A DNA stretch of 62,596 bases, filler included, from an uncultured bacterium (GTDB lineage: Bacteria > Latescibacterota > UBA2968): the NCBI GenBank assembly GCA_964471275.1. It is 4 parts of 4 records of this genome, joined end to end, with 100 filler letters (N's around TTAATTAATTAA, not from the genome) between each part and the next. Parts side by side here need not be neighbours in the genome. Positions count along the whole stretch, not along the records: positions 16,021 to 31,678 come from CAYYGZ010000102.1; 3 more parts are not named here. One strand, 5' to 3'. Below, in pieces: positions 18,358 through 26,947 of this stretch. Both the position numbers and the translations under genes were made by a program. Each line of letters begins with the position of its first letter. Position 1 is the stretch's first letter. The notes under the pieces are model-generated. The model did not search any database and was not told where the DNA came from. It saw only the letters and a list, made by a program, of their open reading frames with translations.

Positions 18358-19719
18358 ATGAGATGGGAGCCGCATCGTTTGCGATTGTGGAACGCGTTGC
18401 GCGAAGTCGCTCTTTGCGCGGCCCTGATCACGGGGAGTTGGAATATGAGCACAGCATCGGAGATCCGAATGGTGGATGAAGGGGTCGTCGCTGAGGACGC
18501 ACTGTATCTGACACGTGCCAAATTCGGTGACATCATCACCCCTCACGGTGACTGCATCAAGATCTACAAGGGTTACATCTACGTCACCTGGTATCAGGGC
18601 GGAATGGAGGATCGCAGGGTGTGGCTCTCGCGAAAGCCCGTCGGCTCAGGTGAGTGGAAACACATCGAATTCCCGCACCGACACGTTATGTTCCGACACG
18701 ATAGCACCCTCGCAGATGCGCACAACGCGATTGCCATCGGAATCTGCCCGAAGGACGACACGGTCCATCTGCTGTACGATATGCACGCCTATACGCCCAA
18801 GGACTTCGAGAATGACTTCTTCAACTACAACGTCTCGAAGAAAGGCGCAGCGCTCGTATCGGACGACGAGTGGACCCTCGACCTGTTCCACCCGAAGCAG
18901 ACCTACCTCGATCAGGCGATCGCCGAGCGGAATCCAAAGGCTTACTGGCGCGTCACCTACCCCGGATTCAACACCACTCGCGACGGTGACCTCATCGTCA
19001 AATGGCGGATCGGCGGGCATATGAACGCCCATATGTATCTGACAAAATATGACGGTGAGACGTGGGGTGAAGCGGTCCGGTGGAACAGGACCGTAGGAGA
19101 GCACACGACCGGTTACTACGGCAGCTTCCGTATCTTCAATGACCGGATGTACTCCTGCTGGCACCGGCGCACGCCACAGGATCAGGAAGCCGGCTACGAG
19201 ATCAACCGGGGTCTGTATCTCGCCGAATGCACCGACCGAAGCGGCATCACGAACTGGTACACGGTCGACGGCATGGAGCACGACCTGCCGCTTCTAGATC
19301 TGGAGCCGTTCAAGATCGGTGAACCTTCAGAACCCGGTCAGCGGATGTCGAGCGGACCGAGCTTCGTCGTCACCGCCTCCGGCGCCTTCCACGCCCGAGC
19401 GACTGTCTCGGGCAAAGCAAAGCACTATTTCCGCACAAGCCCGACCGACGCCCTGAGCGTGGCGATGGGAGTCCCGAATGGGGATATGTATGCCGTCGGA
19501 GACAAGATCTACCTGATTGGGTTGGAAAACGGTCGTCCCATCATCCAGACGACGAAGGAGGGCACACACGATTGGCAGACCGAGCATCGCGTCATCGACG
19601 GGCCGACCTACAGACGCGGTGTCACGATCCGCCACGAGGGAAGTCTGTTCTATTACCTGCTCAAGAATGTTGAGGGAGACAAACGACCGATTCGGGTGTT
19701 GCGATTCGATATCGAGTGA
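18358..19719 (+). CDS. BNR-4 repeat beta-propeller protein, probable polysaccharide lyase
   Basis: PHGDCIK, DAHNAIAIGICPKDDTVHLLYDMHAY, TYPGF; start is either 18358 (signal-like) or 18445. Confidence 0.75.
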   Translation: MRWEPHRLRLWNALREVALCAALITGSWNMSTASEIRMVDEGVVAEDALYLTRAKFGDIITPHGDCIKIYKGYIYVTWYQGGMEDRRVWLSRKPVGSGEWKHIEFPHRHVMFRHDSTLADAHNAIAIGICPKDDTVHLLYDMHAYTPKDFENDFFNYNVSKKGAALVSDDEWTLDLFHPKQTYLDQAIAERNPKAYWRVTYPGFNTTRDGDLIVKWRIGGHMNAHMYLTKYDGETWGEAVRWNRTVGEHTTGYYGSFRIFNDRMYSCWHRRTPQDQEAGYEINRGLYLAECTDRSGITNWYTVDGMEHDLPLLDLEPFKIGEPSEPGQRMSSGPSFVVTASGAFHARATVSGKAKHYFRTSPTDALSVAMGVPNGDMYAVGDKIYLIGLENGRPIIQTTKEGTHDWQTEHRVIDGPTYRRGVTIRHEGSLFYYLLKNVEGDKRPIRVLRFDIE

Positions 19720-19903
19720 GAAGATAGAAATTATCGCTGCCGAGACGGCGTTGTGTGCGGATGAGGTGAACCGGCTTGGAATCCCGACCCCCGGAAAATA
19801 GGCAGTCGGTGACCCCGCCACATCCCGGCTACCGACTTGCCCCCGAAGTTACCGAATCTACGATCCCTTTGACAACCCCCCTCGTTTACACCATCCTGCC
19901 CGC

Positions 19904-21337
19904 GTGAAGAAACCCAGCCTTCTCTACATATTCACCGACCAGCAGCGCGCCGACACGCTGTCCTGCTACGGCAACGACTACATAGAAATGCCTGCACTCA
20001 ACAGGCTTGCCGAGCAGAGTCACGTGTTCGAGAACGCCTATGTCAGTCAGCCGGTCTGCAGTCCTTCTCGGGCAACGATGCTCTGCGGACTCTACCCACA
20101 TACAGCCCGGGTCCCCGCTTGCAACGTCCCACTTCCCGAAGAGGTCAAGACGATCGCCGAAATGGTCGATCCGGATTGCCGCCGGCATTACCTCGGCAAA
20201 TGGCATCTGGGCGATGAGATCTTCGCACAGCACGGGTTTACCGAATGGACGGGTACGGAAGATTCCTATCGCCCCTTCTTTTCGTCTACCGACAGACACG
20301 AACACGTCAGTTCGTACAACCAGTTTCTGATCGATCACGGCGTTGAACCGAATAGCGAATCGTTCGGCAAGCGGATTCACACGCGTCACCTGGAAGCGAG
20401 CCAGGATGCGCCCTTGACGAAGGCAGCCTTCCTGGGCAATCGAGCCGCTGATTACATTCGCAGCGTGGACGACGACCGCTTTGTCGCGTGTGTCAGCTAC
20501 CTCGAGCCGCATCCCCCGCACACCGGTCCTTACAACCATATGTATGACCCGTCGGCGCTGCCCGTCGGACCGCACTTCAGGGAGAGGCCGGCCGGAGATG
20601 CTTCACTGTTGAATCGCGTGATGGCCGCATACTATGGAGAGTCGCTGGAGTACGGTCTGAATCTGCGGACCGATGAGGGCTGGCGGGCGGTTCGCGCACG
20701 CTACTTCGGGAACTGTACACTGATCGACCAGAGTATCAGCGTCATACTTGATGCGCTCGACGAAACGGGTCGAGCCGAGGACACGATCGTCGTCTTCACG
20801 AGCGACCACGGTGAGATGGTCGGGGACCACGGGATCCTCGGCAAGACGGTGTTATACGAAGAATCGGTGCGAGTCCCGCTCCTGATCCGGGTGCCGGAGT
20901 CTGCGGATCAGAAGCGCGTTGCCGGAAATTTCAGTCACATCGATCTTGTCCCGACGCTTCTCGACCTGATGGACGAGCCGCCGCCCGATCATCTGCAGGG
21001 AACCAGTCGAACCGACGTGATGCGCGGAGAATCTACGCTCGACAACAACGACATCTTCATCGAATGGAACGGCGCCGACGGCCATCCTCGTCCTGGCGAA
21101 GCGGAGGTCAACCCCGCGATGGCCGCGCCGTGGCGATCGGTGATCACGTCGGACCGCTGGAAGCTCAACCTGAGCAACGTCGACACCTGCGAGCTCTATG
21201 ACCTGAACACGGACCCGTGTGAACAGACGAACCGGTATGTAGATCCGGATGTTCAGGATCGGGTTGAGAATATGAAGGGGCGGATCAAGGATTGGCAGGA
21301 GAGTGTCGATGACACGGTTGCCCTTCCCACAGATTGA
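19904..21337 (+). CDS. Sulfatase (S1, Cys-type)
   Basis: IFTDQQR, CSPSR.T...G, GKWHL, PHPPH, FTSDHGEM.G.HG, ELYDL..DP. Confidence 0.93.
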   Translation: MKKPSLLYIFTDQQRADTLSCYGNDYIEMPALNRLAEQSHVFENAYVSQPVCSPSRATMLCGLYPHTARVPACNVPLPEEVKTIAEMVDPDCRRHYLGKWHLGDEIFAQHGFTEWTGTEDSYRPFFSSTDRHEHVSSYNQFLIDHGVEPNSESFGKRIHTRHLEASQDAPLTKAAFLGNRAADYIRSVDDDRFVACVSYLEPHPPHTGPYNHMYDPSALPVGPHFRERPAGDASLLNRVMAAYYGESLEYGLNLRTDEGWRAVRARYFGNCTLIDQSISVILDALDETGRAEDTIVVFTSDHGEMVGDHGILGKTVLYEESVRVPLLIRVPESADQKRVAGNFSHIDLVPTLLDLMDEPPPDHLQGTSRTDVMRGESTLDNNDIFIEWNGADGHPRPGEAEVNPAMAAPWRSVITSDRWKLNLSNVDTCELYDLNTDPCEQTNRYVDPDVQDRVENMKGRIKDWQESVDDTVALPTD

Positions 21338-21360
21338 GTGTGTTGAGTGGTAGGCGATGA

Positions 21361-21395
21361 GTGTCGGGTGTCGGGTGTCGGGTGTCGGGTGTCGG
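21361..21395. repeat. (GTGTCGG)x5 heptamer tandem repeat
   Basis: Five exact copies read directly after the sulfatase stop. Confidence 0.95.
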
Positions 21396-21608
21396 GGTAG
21401 ACGGGATCCCCAGATGGCGCGGCGTCAATAGCCCCGGGAGAACACGCGTCTCAAAGAAGAACAGCGCCGCAACAGAAGACCCAAATCCTGAAACGCGGTA
21501 TCCTCGGCGCTCCCTGAAGGCCGAACAAAGGCCCGCGACCCAAATCGGCCCATATTCAATTTGAGCTCACCGCGACGCTGGCGCAGCCGGTCACACCAGG
21601 GAAACCAA

Positions 21609-22682
21609 ATGCCAAAACCCAAAATCCTCCTCGCCTTCGACAAACACGTTCGCCAGATCTATGTCAACGACGAACAACTCTCACGCCTTGAAGCCTTCGC
21701 CGATTGGGACTGGTTCGAGTGTGAGGGAGGGGGAATAGAGCGCGCCAGCGAGGATCCGGAAGCCGCAAGCCGTCTCACCGACCAGATCGGCGACTACGAC
21801 GGAATGATCGTCTGCCACGGTGCGCCTCAACTCTCACCTGCCATCCTCGACCACGCGAAGAACCTGAAGATCATCGGTGAACTCGAAGGCGACCGCTTCG
21901 CCGCCCGAATCGATCTGAACGCGTGCTGGGAACGCGACATACGCACGGTCGACACCACCAACGCCTCATCCTATCCCGTCGCCGAATGGGCGCTCGGGTT
22001 GATCCTGATATCGCTGCGCAACATCGGCACCCAGTTCCGCCGGATGATCTCCGGCGAGCGGCAAGAGACGAACTTGTCACCGTATCAGGGGGTCCTTCGA
22101 GGAAAGCGAGTCGGGCTCATCGGATGTGGGAATATGGGTCGCCGTCTTATGAGCTATTTGCGCCCGTTCAACGTCGACATCTGGGTCCACGACCCCTACC
22201 TGCCGCGCGAGATGGCCGACGCCCTGGACTTCCTGCAGACATCGATGGAGAACATCCTGACGCGGTGCGACGTGATCGTATGTCTGGCTCCGCTCACACC
22301 GGCGACGCGTGGAATGATCGGCAAGAAAGAGATCGAGATGATCTCCCCGGGCGCTGCCTTCGTAAACGTCTCCCGGGGTGCGATCGTCGATTCCGATGCC
22401 CTCATCGCGCGTCTCAGGAAGGGCGACATCACAGCGGGGCTCGAAGTCTGGGACCCGGAACCCGTTCCCGAAGACAGTGAGATTCGTCATCTTCACAACG
22501 CCTTTGTGACGCCTCACTCCTCTGCACGTCGTCCTGAGGGTGAAGTGAATGAGTTCTTCCAGATGATGGTCGAGGAATTCGACCGCTTCTTCCACGGTCA
22601 TCAAACGAAGTACGACCTGACACCGAGGAGCCAGGCGAACAGGACAGGAAGTGCACCGCCCTCCACGCAGATTGGCCGATGA
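21609..22682 (+). CDS. D-isomer-specific 2-hydroxyacid dehydrogenase
   Basis: VAEWALG, VGLIGCGNMG, PLTPATRGMI, VNVSRGAIVD, TPH. Confidence 0.92.
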   Translation: MPKPKILLAFDKHVRQIYVNDEQLSRLEAFADWDWFECEGGGIERASEDPEAASRLTDQIGDYDGMIVCHGAPQLSPAILDHAKNLKIIGELEGDRFAARIDLNACWERDIRTVDTTNASSYPVAEWALGLILISLRNIGTQFRRMISGERQETNLSPYQGVLRGKRVGLIGCGNMGRRLMSYLRPFNVDIWVHDPYLPREMADALDFLQTSMENILTRCDVIVCLAPLTPATRGMIGKKEIEMISPGAAFVNVSRGAIVDSDALIARLRKGDITAGLEVWDPEPVPEDSEIRHLHNAFVTPHSSARRPEGEVNEFFQMMVEEFDRFFHGHQTKYDLTPRSQANRTGSAPPSTQIGR

Positions 22683-22809
22683 CACGATCGCCGGCAGTGA
22701 TCATTCCGATACCATTGCCCATTGGAAGGCAGTGAGCAATACTGTCCATTTCGAATAGTCGTGCTCTGGGCGCGATTGCATCGACGGATAGCTCTACAGG
22801 AGAAGAACC

Positions 22810-23793
22810 GTGAAATACAGACCTTTCGGACAGACCAGCCTGAACGTCTCGGAGATCGGATTCGGCTGTTGGGAAATGGGCGGCACGTATGGCCATTTCG
22901 ACGACACGGAAATCTTACAGGCGATTCACAAGGCGCTCGACCTGGGGATCAACCTTTTCGATACCGCTCAGGTATACGGCTTCGGACGCTCCGAGCAGCT
23001 GCTGCAGAAAGGGCTTGGAGATCGCCGAAAGGACATCATCCTCGTCAGCAAATGGGGGATCGGTTACAACGATACCCTCAGCGAGCGCAGACGAGACAGC
23101 CGCACGGCCAGATGCAAGCTCTCCATCGAGACCACGCTGGATTATCTCAAAACGGACTACCTTGATGTCTACCTGATTCACTGGCCCGACCACCGTATCC
23201 CGTTCGACGAACCAATGCGCGCGATGGAGGACATCGTGAAGGAAGGGAAGGCGCGCTTCGTCGGCGTGTCCAACTTCAAATCGGAAGAGATCGAAGCCTG
23301 TATGGAAACGCGTCGCGTGGACGTCGGACAATATGGATATCATCTCTTCGATCGTCGAACGGAGATCGACGTGCTGGCCACGCACGAAAAGCACGAGATC
23401 GGGTTTATGGGCTACGGGTCGCTGGCGCACGGGCTCTTGGCAGGTGTCTTTAACGAGGACACAACATTCGAGCCATCGGACTGGCGCTCGCAGGGCGGTC
23501 TGTTCAATATGCCCCTCTTCACAGAGGAGAACTTCCCGCGCAATCTGCGCGTCGTCGAGGATCTCAAAGGCATCGCTGGGGATATGGGCACGAAGATCAC
23601 CAATCTCGCACTCGCCTGGGTCCTCGCCAATCCCGCCCTCAGTGTCGCCCTCGTTGGCGCACGTACTCCGGCCGAGGTCGAAGACAATATGTCCGCCCTG
23701 GACATCACGCTCGACGCGGATGCGCTGTCCGCGATCGATGCTGTGTTCGACAAACACGGCGTCGATACCAGACCGGACATCTGGGTAGAGTAG
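22810..23793 (+). CDS. Aldo/keto reductase
   Basis: IGFGCW.MGG, FDTAQVYG.GRSE, DYLD.YLIHWPD, GVSNF. Confidence 0.95.
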   Translation: MKYRPFGQTSLNVSEIGFGCWEMGGTYGHFDDTEILQAIHKALDLGINLFDTAQVYGFGRSEQLLQKGLGDRRKDIILVSKWGIGYNDTLSERRRDSRTARCKLSIETTLDYLKTDYLDVYLIHWPDHRIPFDEPMRAMEDIVKEGKARFVGVSNFKSEEIEACMETRRVDVGQYGYHLFDRRTEIDVLATHEKHEIGFMGYGSLAHGLLAGVFNEDTTFEPSDWRSQGGLFNMPLFTEENFPRNLRVVEDLKGIAGDMGTKITNLALAWVLANPALSVALVGARTPAEVEDNMSALDITLDADALSAIDAVFDKHGVDTRPDIWVE

Positions 23794-23794
23794 A

Positions 23795-24220
23795 ATGCGC
23801 CGCTCCACGAAAACCCGAAGCCGCGCGCTGAGCCTTGCCTTTATGGTCACCCTCTTGCTCTGCGCTTGCGGCGGAGACCATCGCCACGAGGATCCCGCCG
23901 GGTCCATGACGGTTCCCGGACTCAGCACGAACGCCGGCAAGAAATGGAAGATGGACGACCACACGCGGTCGATGTTCACGGTGATGACCCGGCGATTGGC
24001 CGAGCACTCGGGCGACCCGGAGGAATTGGGAAAGTCACTCAGTGACGATCTGGATCGATTGGTCCGAGGCTGCACGATGACGGGTAGCGTACACGATGAG
24101 CTCCACCGATTTCTCATCTTCTACGTGCCTGCCATCACCACGCTTTCCGAGTCAGGTTCAGCTGAGGCATTGCAGAAAGTGACGCGGCTGCTCAAAGCAT
24201 ATCCAGAGTACTTCGAGTAA
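23795..24220 (+). CDS. Hypothetical lipoprotein with His/Cys motifs
   Basis: Lipobox LCAC followed by DHRHED; GKKWKMD...GCTMTG..HDELH. Confidence 0.7.
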   Translation: MRRSTKTRSRALSLAFMVTLLLCACGGDHRHEDPAGSMTVPGLSTNAGKKWKMDDHTRSMFTVMTRRLAEHSGDPEELGKSLSDDLDRLVRGCTMTGSVHDELHRFLIFYVPAITTLSESGSAEALQKVTRLLKAYPEYFE

Positions 24221-24295
24221 CACGAGCGCACAGATGATCTAGATCAAGGCACACACGATACACACGATCGGTGCACCCTTGGAGCCCAAAGCAGG

Positions 24296-26224
24296 ATGAC
24301 AAACCCAATCCGTCGTTCAGCGATCTACACGGGCCTCGCTTTCGTTATCCTCATCTCGGTGATGACGCCCTACAACGAGATGCTCGTCAAGGGAAGTCGG
24401 CTCGGTCTCTCGAGCCTCACACCGGCCGCGTTCTTTCTCTTCTTCATCCTCTCTCTCTTCATCAATCCCGCGCTCACCCGGTTGGGCCCGACCTGGTCGT
24501 TTACCAAGCCCGAGCTCCTCCTGATCTTCGCGATGATGATGGTCGCCACAGCCATCCCGACCCGCGGCGTCGTCGGGCCCCTTCTGTCGATGATCAGCGG
24601 ACCCCAGTACTACGCGTCTCCCGAGAACCATTGGGCGGACCTCGTCATCCCCCACACGAAGGATTGGGTCGTGATCCAGAAAGGAGACGGCCTTCGTCAC
24701 TTCTATGAAGGGGTTTCGGGCAACGAACAGGCCGACTGGGATATCTGGTTCAAGCCGCTTCTCTCATGGCTCCTCCTCTTCATCGGCCTGTGGACCGCCG
24801 TCCTCTGCCTGATGGTCATCATCCGACGACAGTGGATGGATCGTGAACGTTTGCCTTACCCCGTGATGCAGGTTCCCCTCGCGATGGCGGAAACGGAAGA
24901 GGGACACGCCATCCCCCCATTCTACCGGAACAGAACTGTCTGGATCGGGTTTGCCGTTCCCTTCCTCCTGGGTTCGCTCCACGCAATCCGGGCTTACGTG
25001 CCCGGGTTCCCCGTCTTCTACCCCCGCGTGCCGCACCTTATCACACTCCGAAACAGGGTCGACATCAAACTGCGGCTGAACCCGATAATGCTCGGCTTCG
25101 CTTACCTGGTGAACCTGCGACTCAGCCTGAGCCTCTGGGTCTTCTACATCTGGCGCGAGTTTGCGGAGGGATTCTGCGACATCATCGGGCTCTACAACAA
25201 CGAGAAACTCGGAACGTGGACTTACGACGGGCAGGTGGGGCCGATCTTCTCACACCAGAGTATGGGCGCGATGATCGTCTTTGTCGGCTTCGGCCTCTGG
25301 ACTGCGCGCAACCACCTGGGTGATGTCCTCCGACGGGCACGGATGAACATCCGAGATCACCGAGAGATCATCTCGGACCGGAACGCGGTCCTGGGCCTTG
25401 CCGTCGGCACCGCGATCCTGATCGGCTGGATGTCCAATGCGGGCCTGTCGCCGGAAATCGCGACGATCACCATCTTCGCCGCCTACGTGATATTCCTGTC
25501 GATGACGCGTGCTATCACTGACGGCGGTCTGGCCACGATCGTACCCGCGATGATCCCGCTCGGGTTCACGATATCGACTTTCGGCACCGATGCGCTCGGC
25601 GCAGCGGGTCTGATGGCGCTCGCCTTCACGCTGGTCTGGTCTGGTGACCTGCTGACCTTTATGATGGCGCCCTCGGCACACGCCATTCGGATCGCGCACG
25701 ACTCGGAGGCCGGGCGGCAAGGACCCTATTTTGGAGCACTGCTCGGAGCGATGGTAGTCGGCTTGGTCGTCTCTGTCGTCACGATGATCTCACTGGGTCA
25801 CGAACACGGTGCCGCAAACCTCCACCAGCAGTACTTCAACACCTTCGCCAAGTTTCCCGCCGGCATTGCCGCGCAGAAGCTCCAGAACCCGTCCCTGCCG
25901 AACAGCGGCGGCTTCTTCTGGACAGGCATCGGTGCAGGCGTGATGGGTCTCCTGACCTTCGCCTCCTACCGCTACAACTGGTGGCCGCTCCACCCCCTTG
26001 GGTATATGGTCAGCCCAGCCTGGATAATGGGAGACCTCTGGTTCCCGTTCTTCGTCGCCTGGGCCGTCAAGACCCTCGTCATCCGTCTGGGCGGTCTCCG
26101 CGCCTACGACCGTACGCGCCCCGCCACCTACGGCGTCATCCTCGGCCAGATCGTTGTCGCCGGTTTCTGGCTCGTCATCGATCTCCTGACCGGAACGACC
26201 AATAACCGTATCCGCGTCTACTAG
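24296..26224 (+). CDS. DUF6785/DUF6784-like polytopic membrane protein
   Basis: Many TM segments; YYASPEN.W, RRQW...ERL.YP, WWPLHPLGY. Confidence 0.8.
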   Translation: MTNPIRRSAIYTGLAFVILISVMTPYNEMLVKGSRLGLSSLTPAAFFLFFILSLFINPALTRLGPTWSFTKPELLLIFAMMMVATAIPTRGVVGPLLSMISGPQYYASPENHWADLVIPHTKDWVVIQKGDGLRHFYEGVSGNEQADWDIWFKPLLSWLLLFIGLWTAVLCLMVIIRRQWMDRERLPYPVMQVPLAMAETEEGHAIPPFYRNRTVWIGFAVPFLLGSLHAIRAYVPGFPVFYPRVPHLITLRNRVDIKLRLNPIMLGFAYLVNLRLSLSLWVFYIWREFAEGFCDIIGLYNNEKLGTWTYDGQVGPIFSHQSMGAMIVFVGFGLWTARNHLGDVLRRARMNIRDHREIISDRNAVLGLAVGTAILIGWMSNAGLSPEIATITIFAAYVIFLSMTRAITDGGLATIVPAMIPLGFTISTFGTDALGAAGLMALAFTLVWSGDLLTFMMAPSAHAIRIAHDSEAGRQGPYFGALLGAMVVGLVVSVVTMISLGHEHGAANLHQQYFNTFAKFPAGIAAQKLQNPSLPNSGGFFWTGIGAGVMGLLTFASYRYNWWPLHPLGYMVSPAWIMGDLWFPFFVAWAVKTLVIRLGGLRAYDRTRPATYGVILGQIVVAGFWLVIDLLTGTTNNRIRVY

Positions 26225-26254
26225 CCTGATCTATGCGTGAATCTGGCGCAGGGG

Positions 26255-26326
26255 GCGTCACCGTGCAGAGCACGGCGACGAGTGTCGCACATTATGGGGA
26301 GGTCACCGGGCTCTGCACGGTGACGC
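26255..26326. repeat. REPIN-like inverted pair
   Basis: GCGTCACCGTGCAGAGC ... GCTCTGCACGGTGACGC, a perfect 17 bp inverted repeat; each arm is part of its own palindrome. Confidence 0.85.
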
Positions 26327-26439
26327 TAGATTCCGCCGAATGGCTAACCCGCTCCTGTAGGACAGGATATACTCACAGAATCAAAGAACATTGGATACTT
26401 GTGCATCGATCCTGACGAGGTGACACATAAACACCGTCA

Positions 26440-26745
26440 CACCGCCTTGCCCTGCCGAAGCTGCAGCGGAAGCAGGAGCGCGAGTCCTTTGAGCCTGCCC
26501 CGATCGAAGTCGAGGGGAGATATCGGTCACCGGATGAGGCCCTGTCGCCGACCAGACAGCGTCTGCTCCCCGCTTCGCCATAACCACGCGGCGGCGAGCA
26601 GGCTGACAACGCTGTGTCGAACCGACACTCCTAGCTTACGGACACGTTCCGTTTATGCACTATTCAGGATAGCTGACGTTCCCGTCATCCTGAGTCCTAT
26701 GACCGCGCTCAGGACAGGCTCTGCGAAGGAACCCTCTCAGATCTG
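26440..26745. repeat. Cluster of degenerate REP-like palindromic elements
   Basis: GAGCCTGCCCCGATCGAAGTCGAGGGG (reverse complement resembles GACCGCGCTCAGGACAGGCTC at about 26701); also GTCATCCTGAG...GCGAAGGA and CCTGCCGAAGCTGCAGCGGAAGCAGG. Confidence 0.55.
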
Positions 26746-26947
26746 CAACGCCCCCTCTGCCTCACAACCTCACCCTCTCACCTGCCCTTCTCCTATTTGC
26801 GCTCCGCCGATCTTACAGATAAACTCTTACCCCTTATGATTTATGACTACGGCGATCTGGGTTTCGGTGTCATCTGGGATCTTCCCTGCGTTTCCTGATA
26901 TTTTCGAATCACCGTGATTAATGCGCTTCTCGAAATAAGGCAAACCT

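Noticed and set aside
22915..24117. Long antisense ORFs (e.g. 22915..24117, 43074..44345, 5106..6002, 17673..18539)
   Set aside because: They are shadows of well-supported genes on the other strand in GC-rich DNA and have no motifs.
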